A stretch of 64,000 nt of DNA, from contig CAWDOD010000006.1 in NCBI GenBank assembly GCA_963803805.1, forward strand, positions 96,001 to 160,000, written 5' to 3'. Below are positions 60,245 through 64,000 of the stretch, in pieces. The stretch comes from an uncultured cyanobacterium (lineage in GTDB: Bacteria; Cyanobacteriota; Cyanobacteriia; Cyanobacteriales; CAWCAG01). The stretch's first letter is position 1. Each line of letters starts with the position of its first letter. A program made the translations under genes and the position numbers. The notes beneath the pieces are model-generated. The model did not search any database, was not told the DNA's origin, and saw only the letters and a program-made list of their open reading frames with translations.

Positions 60245-63200
60245 ATGTATGACCCCATCGGCGCATTTGAAACTATCCGCGATAATTTTTTGCTGTACAT
60301 CAAAACAGCTTTTGGTACGAGGTTTCCTGAGATAGAAGAGGAAAGGGAAAAGCTGCTACGGGAACCAGGAGAGTTGAATAAACCGGGAGTATTTCATCAG
60401 GAACCTTGGATAGAACCATTGCCACAATACGAAACTTCGGGGAAGAAAATTCAGCAGTTAACTATTAAAAATACTCCAAAGTTGGATGAGGAAACTTTAA
60501 AAGAGTTTCAAGAATTAGCAGCTTGTGGCTTGATGGGAAACTATCAATTATATACGCACCAATTAGAAATGTTGCGTAAAAGTTTATCTGGGCAAGATGT
60601 GGTTGTAACTGCGGGTACTGGTTCGGGTAAAACGGAATCTTTCCTCTTACCTTTGTTTGCCTATCTAACTAAAGAATCTCAAAATTGGCAGCCTCCAAGG
60701 GAAGAAGATCCCCATCTTAATGATTGGTGGAGTAATCAAGATTGGCAAGATAAATGCAATCCAAAAGTGAACACAAGGCATTCATTTAAGCGTTCTTATC
60801 GAGTATCTCAAAGAGGACATGAAACTAGAGATGCTGCTGTTAGGGCGATAATTTTGTATCCCATGAATGCTTTAGTAGAAGATCAACTTACGCGACTACG
60901 CAAGGCTTTAGATTCTCCTCAAGCTAGGGAATGGTTAAGAAAAAATAGAACAGGAAACCGTATTTATTTTGGTCGATATAACGGCGTGACTCCTGTACCA
61001 GGACATGAAAACAAAGAAACTGGTAAATCAAATAAAAAAAAGAAACCAGATAAAAAAAAGATAGACAACCTTTTAAAAGCGATGCAGCAGATGGAAGAGT
61101 CTGCAAATGCTGCTGAACAATATGGAGAAGAAAAAGGTGATAAGGAAGTTAGGTTTTTCTTCCCTCGCTTGGATGGCTCAGAAATGCGCTGCCGTTGGGA
61201 TATGCAAGATGCACCCCCCGATATTCTCATTACTAACTACAGTATGTTGAGTATCATGCTGATGCGAGATGTAGATAAAGAAATATTCGCCAAGACAAAA
61301 GCATGGTTAGAAAAGCCTGAGAGTATTTTCCATCTTATTGTTGATGAACTACACCTTTATCGAGGTACTCAAGGTACAGAAGTTGCCTATTTACTAAGAC
61401 TTTTTCTGCAACGTTTAGGTCTTTATCCTGGTCATCCCAAATTAAGGGTATTAGCTTCTAGTGCTTCTCTTGAACCTGATGATGAGCAAAGTTTAAAGTT
61501 TTTATCAGAGTTTTTTGGTACTAACTGGAAGCCGGAACAAATTATACCAGGCAAACAGAAAGAGATCCCCGCTATTCAAGAACAAGATGTCTTAGATAGT
61601 CAAATTTTTATTGATTTAGTTGAGGAAAAAGAACGAAGTAGTAATTTAGAAGAGTTAAAAGCATCGCCTCAATATAAAAAGTGTGCAGAGTTTGTTGAAT
61701 CTCACCAAGATAACGTGATTGCAAGAATGTTGAATGCTTGCCGCGATAAAGAGAAGAATCAAACTCGCGCTGTATCTTTTACTCAATTTGCTAAAGGCAT
61801 ATTCACTCAAGAATTGGAAACTGAGAAAATCAAAAAAGCAGCAAGAGGACTATTAATTACCAGAGGTATATCAGCAAGTAATCTTTTACCCTCTTTTCGA
61901 TTACATTTATTCTTCCGCAACATTGAAGGCTTGTGGGCTTGTCCCCAGCCCTGTGAAGAAAGTGAAGTAAATCAAAAAGCCCCTGTAAGTGAACTTTTTG
62001 TTAAAAATCCTCCCATACGTCATGATAACAATCGTGTCTTAGAACTGTTATTGTGCGAACAATGTGGCACAGTTTTTTTTGGCGGCAGTCGTCTTGAGTT
62101 AGAAAACAACCAAGGTTGGGAACTATTACCTGTAGAACCAAATATTGAAGTCATACCAGATAGGCAAGTTGGTAGATTTTTAGAACAAAGAACTTATCAA
62201 GAATACGCTATTTTTTGGCCCTACAGAAATATTCATACAGAAGCTAAAAAAGAATGGAAACAACCCAATAGTCAAGTAAAAGTAAGTTGGAAAAAAGCTT
62301 ACTTAGATGTAAATAGTAGTGAAGTAAAATTAGGTAATCCAGAAGATAGGCAAAACAATACAATTAAAGGTTATATATTTAATGCCAAGAAAGAAGCAAA
62401 CATAAGCGCACAGCCTTCAATTTGTCCTTGTTGTGCTGTAAATTATGGAAAACGTACATATTTAAAATCTTCTATTCGGGGTTTTCGTACAGGTTTTTCT
62501 AAGGTTAGCCAGTTATTTTCTAAAGAACTTTTTTATCAGTTACCTGAAGGTGAAGAAAGCCGTAAATTAGTAGTATTTTCTGATAGTAGGGAAAATGCAG
62601 CTTCTTTATCTAACGGCATGGAAAGAAGTCACTATAGTGATTTGATTCGTGAAGCAATATTTTATGAACTAGAACAGTTAGCTATAGGGCAGCCAAGTCT
62701 ATTAGAAGATATTAAACAGTATGGCGAACCTAAAACTGCCGAAGCATTTGAATTTGCGAAACTTTATCCTGATATCCCTAAAAAAATTGAAAAGAATTTA
62801 AAGCGTATATCTCGACCTTTACCAGAAGGTTTAGACCCTGAAGAATTAGAAGATTTACGTGAACTAAAAAACCGATCGCAAAATTTTATCAGAAATATAG
62901 AAAAAATAGGCGAAACTCATACAGTTCCCCTTAAAGTCATGCTGGAAGGAAATAAGGAAGTCCCTGGACAGCTAATTCAAAGATTAGTAAATTTAGGCGT
63001 TAATCCTGCTGGTTATGACCTTTACTCCCAAGAATATAAATATGAAGGCAGAACTTATAACTGGACTCATTTCTTTGACTTTGATTCTAATTCTTTGCAA
63101 TGGAAAGATTTATCTAGTCAAGAATTAGATATTCGCGACAGAAAAATACTAGAAAAGCTTAAATCTGAAGTATGTTCAATCTTTTTTAGTCGCTTGTTTT

Positions 63201-64000
63201 ATAGCATAGAATCGTCAGGATTAGGTTATCCTTGCTTACAACCAGAAGAGACAGAAAAGCTTGCTGAAAGTCTAAAAATAAACACTACTATTTTTGCTGA
63301 TATAGCTAATAGTTGCTTGAGAATCATTGGAGATTCCTATCGCTACCCTAACGAATATAAAGTTGATGACTGGAGTAATTGGGAAGATGCCAATCCCAGA
63401 CTAAAAAACTATGTTACTAAGTGCGCCCATCATAACCAACTTGATGAAACACAATTAAAACAAGCTTTGTGGTCAGCCATTTGTGACCAGGGAAAACACT
63501 ATTGGCTAAAAATTAGTCCCCTACATTTATATTTCAAAGTAGCAACCAAAGATAACCCTGTTTGGCAATGTACCTCCTGTAGTCGCCCTCATCTCCATCA
63601 CTCAGGAGGGATTTGTACCAATTGTAATGAAGTTTTGCCTAGGGAACCTAACAAGACTTGTACTGATTTGTATAGTCGTAATTACTACTCTACAGAAGCA
63701 GTAAATAAACGTCAGCCGATTAGATTTCATTGTGAAGAACTAACTGGACAAACAGATAATCAAGGGGAAAGACAAAGACACTTTCGCAACATTGTTATTA
63801 ATACAGGTAAAGAAGACCGTCCATTTATTCCTAAAGTAGACACAATTGACCTCCTTAGTGTTACTACAACTATGGAAGTTGGGGTTGATATTGGTAACTT
63901 GATGGCTGTGGTTTTAGCTAATATGCCACCTATGCGTTTTAATTATCAACAACGTGCCGGACGTGCCGGTCGTCGCGGTCAAGCTTTTGCAATTAATTTA
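60245..64000 (+). CDS. Large SF2 DEAD/DEAH-box helicase, DruE-like; open to the window end and not in ORF track
   Basis: Motifs checked in one frame from ATG 60245: TAGTGSGKTE, YPMNAL, PPDILITNYSML, DELH, ASSAS, RLHLFFR, CEQC, CPCC, FSDSR, CTSC, EELTGQ, TTTMEVGVDIG, QQRAGRAGRR. Confidence 0.92.
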   Translation, partial: MYDPIGAFETIRDNFLLYIKTAFGTRFPEIEEEREKLLREPGELNKPGVFHQEPWIEPLPQYETSGKKIQQLTIKNTPKLDEETLKEFQELAACGLMGNYQLYTHQLEMLRKSLSGQDVVVTAGTGSGKTESFLLPLFAYLTKESQNWQPPREEDPHLNDWWSNQDWQDKCNPKVNTRHSFKRSYRVSQRGHETRDAAVRAIILYPMNALVEDQLTRLRKALDSPQAREWLRKNRTGNRIYFGRYNGVTPVPGHENKETGKSNKKKKPDKKKIDNLLKAMQQMEESANAAEQYGEEKGDKEVRFFFPRLDGSEMRCRWDMQDAPPDILITNYSMLSIMLMRDVDKEIFAKTKAWLEKPESIFHLIVDELHLYRGTQGTEVAYLLRLFLQRLGLYPGHPKLRVLASSASLEPDDEQSLKFLSEFFGTNWKPEQIIPGKQKEIPAIQEQDVLDSQIFIDLVEEKERSSNLEELKASPQYKKCAEFVESHQDNVIARMLNACRDKEKNQTRAVSFTQFAKGIFTQELETEKIKKAARGLLITRGISASNLLPSFRLHLFFRNIEGLWACPQPCEESEVNQKAPVSELFVKNPPIRHDNNRVLELLLCEQCGTVFFGGSRLELENNQGWELLPVEPNIEVIPDRQVGRFLEQRTYQEYAIFWPYRNIHTEAKKEWKQPNSQVKVSWKKAYLDVNSSEVKLGNPEDRQNNTIKGYIFNAKKEANISAQPSICPCCAVNYGKRTYLKSSIRGFRTGFSKVSQLFSKELFYQLPEGEESRKLVVFSDSRENAASLSNGMERSHYSDLIREAIFYELEQLAIGQPSLLEDIKQYGEPKTAEAFEFAKLYPDIPKKIEKNLKRISRPLPEGLDPEELEDLRELKNRSQNFIRNIEKIGETHTVPLKVMLEGNKEVPGQLIQRLVNLGVNPAGYDLYSQEYKYEGRTYNWTHFFDFDSNSLQWKDLSSQELDIRDRKILEKLKSEVCSIFFSRLFYSIESSGLGYPCLQPEETEKLAESLKINTTIFADIANSCLRIIGDSYRYPNEYKVDDWSNWEDANPRLKNYVTKCAHHNQLDETQLKQALWSAICDQGKHYWLKISPLHLYFKVATKDNPVWQCTSCSRPHLHHSGGICTNCNEVLPREPNKTCTDLYSRNYYSTEAVNKRQPIRFHCEELTGQTDNQGERQRHFRNIVINTGKEDRPFIPKVDTIDLLSVTTTMEVGVDIGNLMAVVLANMPPMRFNYQQRAGRAGRRGQAFAINL

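Noticed and set aside
60924-61230. Two minus-strand ORFs from the track
   Set aside because: They are antisense to the long helicase frame that begins at 60245.
1-64000. tRNA or rRNA genes
   Set aside because: No cloverleaf with a T-loop (GTTCGA) in a tRNA context and no rRNA-like segment was recognised.

Overview
AT-rich chromosomal segment of a cyanobacterium, shown by more than 20 HIP1 GCGATCGC octamers, heptamer tandem repeats and many cyanobacteria-specific genes. Most of it is housekeeping, regulatory or stress genes: a PAS-GGDEF-EAL protein, clpS, a nitrilase-family amidase, acnB, yqgF, ftsI, transaldolase, dps, a csoR-like repressor, grxD, bolA, an S8 protease, the pilG-H-I-J/hmpF motility cluster, plsY, ndhR, thrS, feoA, murQ and a site-2 protease. 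The most notable accessory elements are: (1) at the right end, a tightly coupled three-gene cassette of two unknown proteins and a >1250-aa SF2 helicase, missing from the ORF track and running off the window; it resembles a Druantia-type (DruF/G/E-like) defence system with no methylase upstream, and its first gene appears to start at ATA; (2) a frameshifted, C-terminally truncated LRR-Roc-COR (Roco) gene with near-identical 69-bp repeats; (3) an orphan SWIM zinc-finger gene with a LexA-like box next to its -10 element; (4) a convergent pair in which a small protein is also present as the N-terminal domain of a ComFB-family protein; (5) tandem DUF4278 genes, one unannotated and one with a PirA-like C-terminus, behind an NtcA site. 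There are also several very small repeat elements and several single-base lesions that may be real or assembly errors. All family assignments come from motif recognition by eye; no database searches were run.
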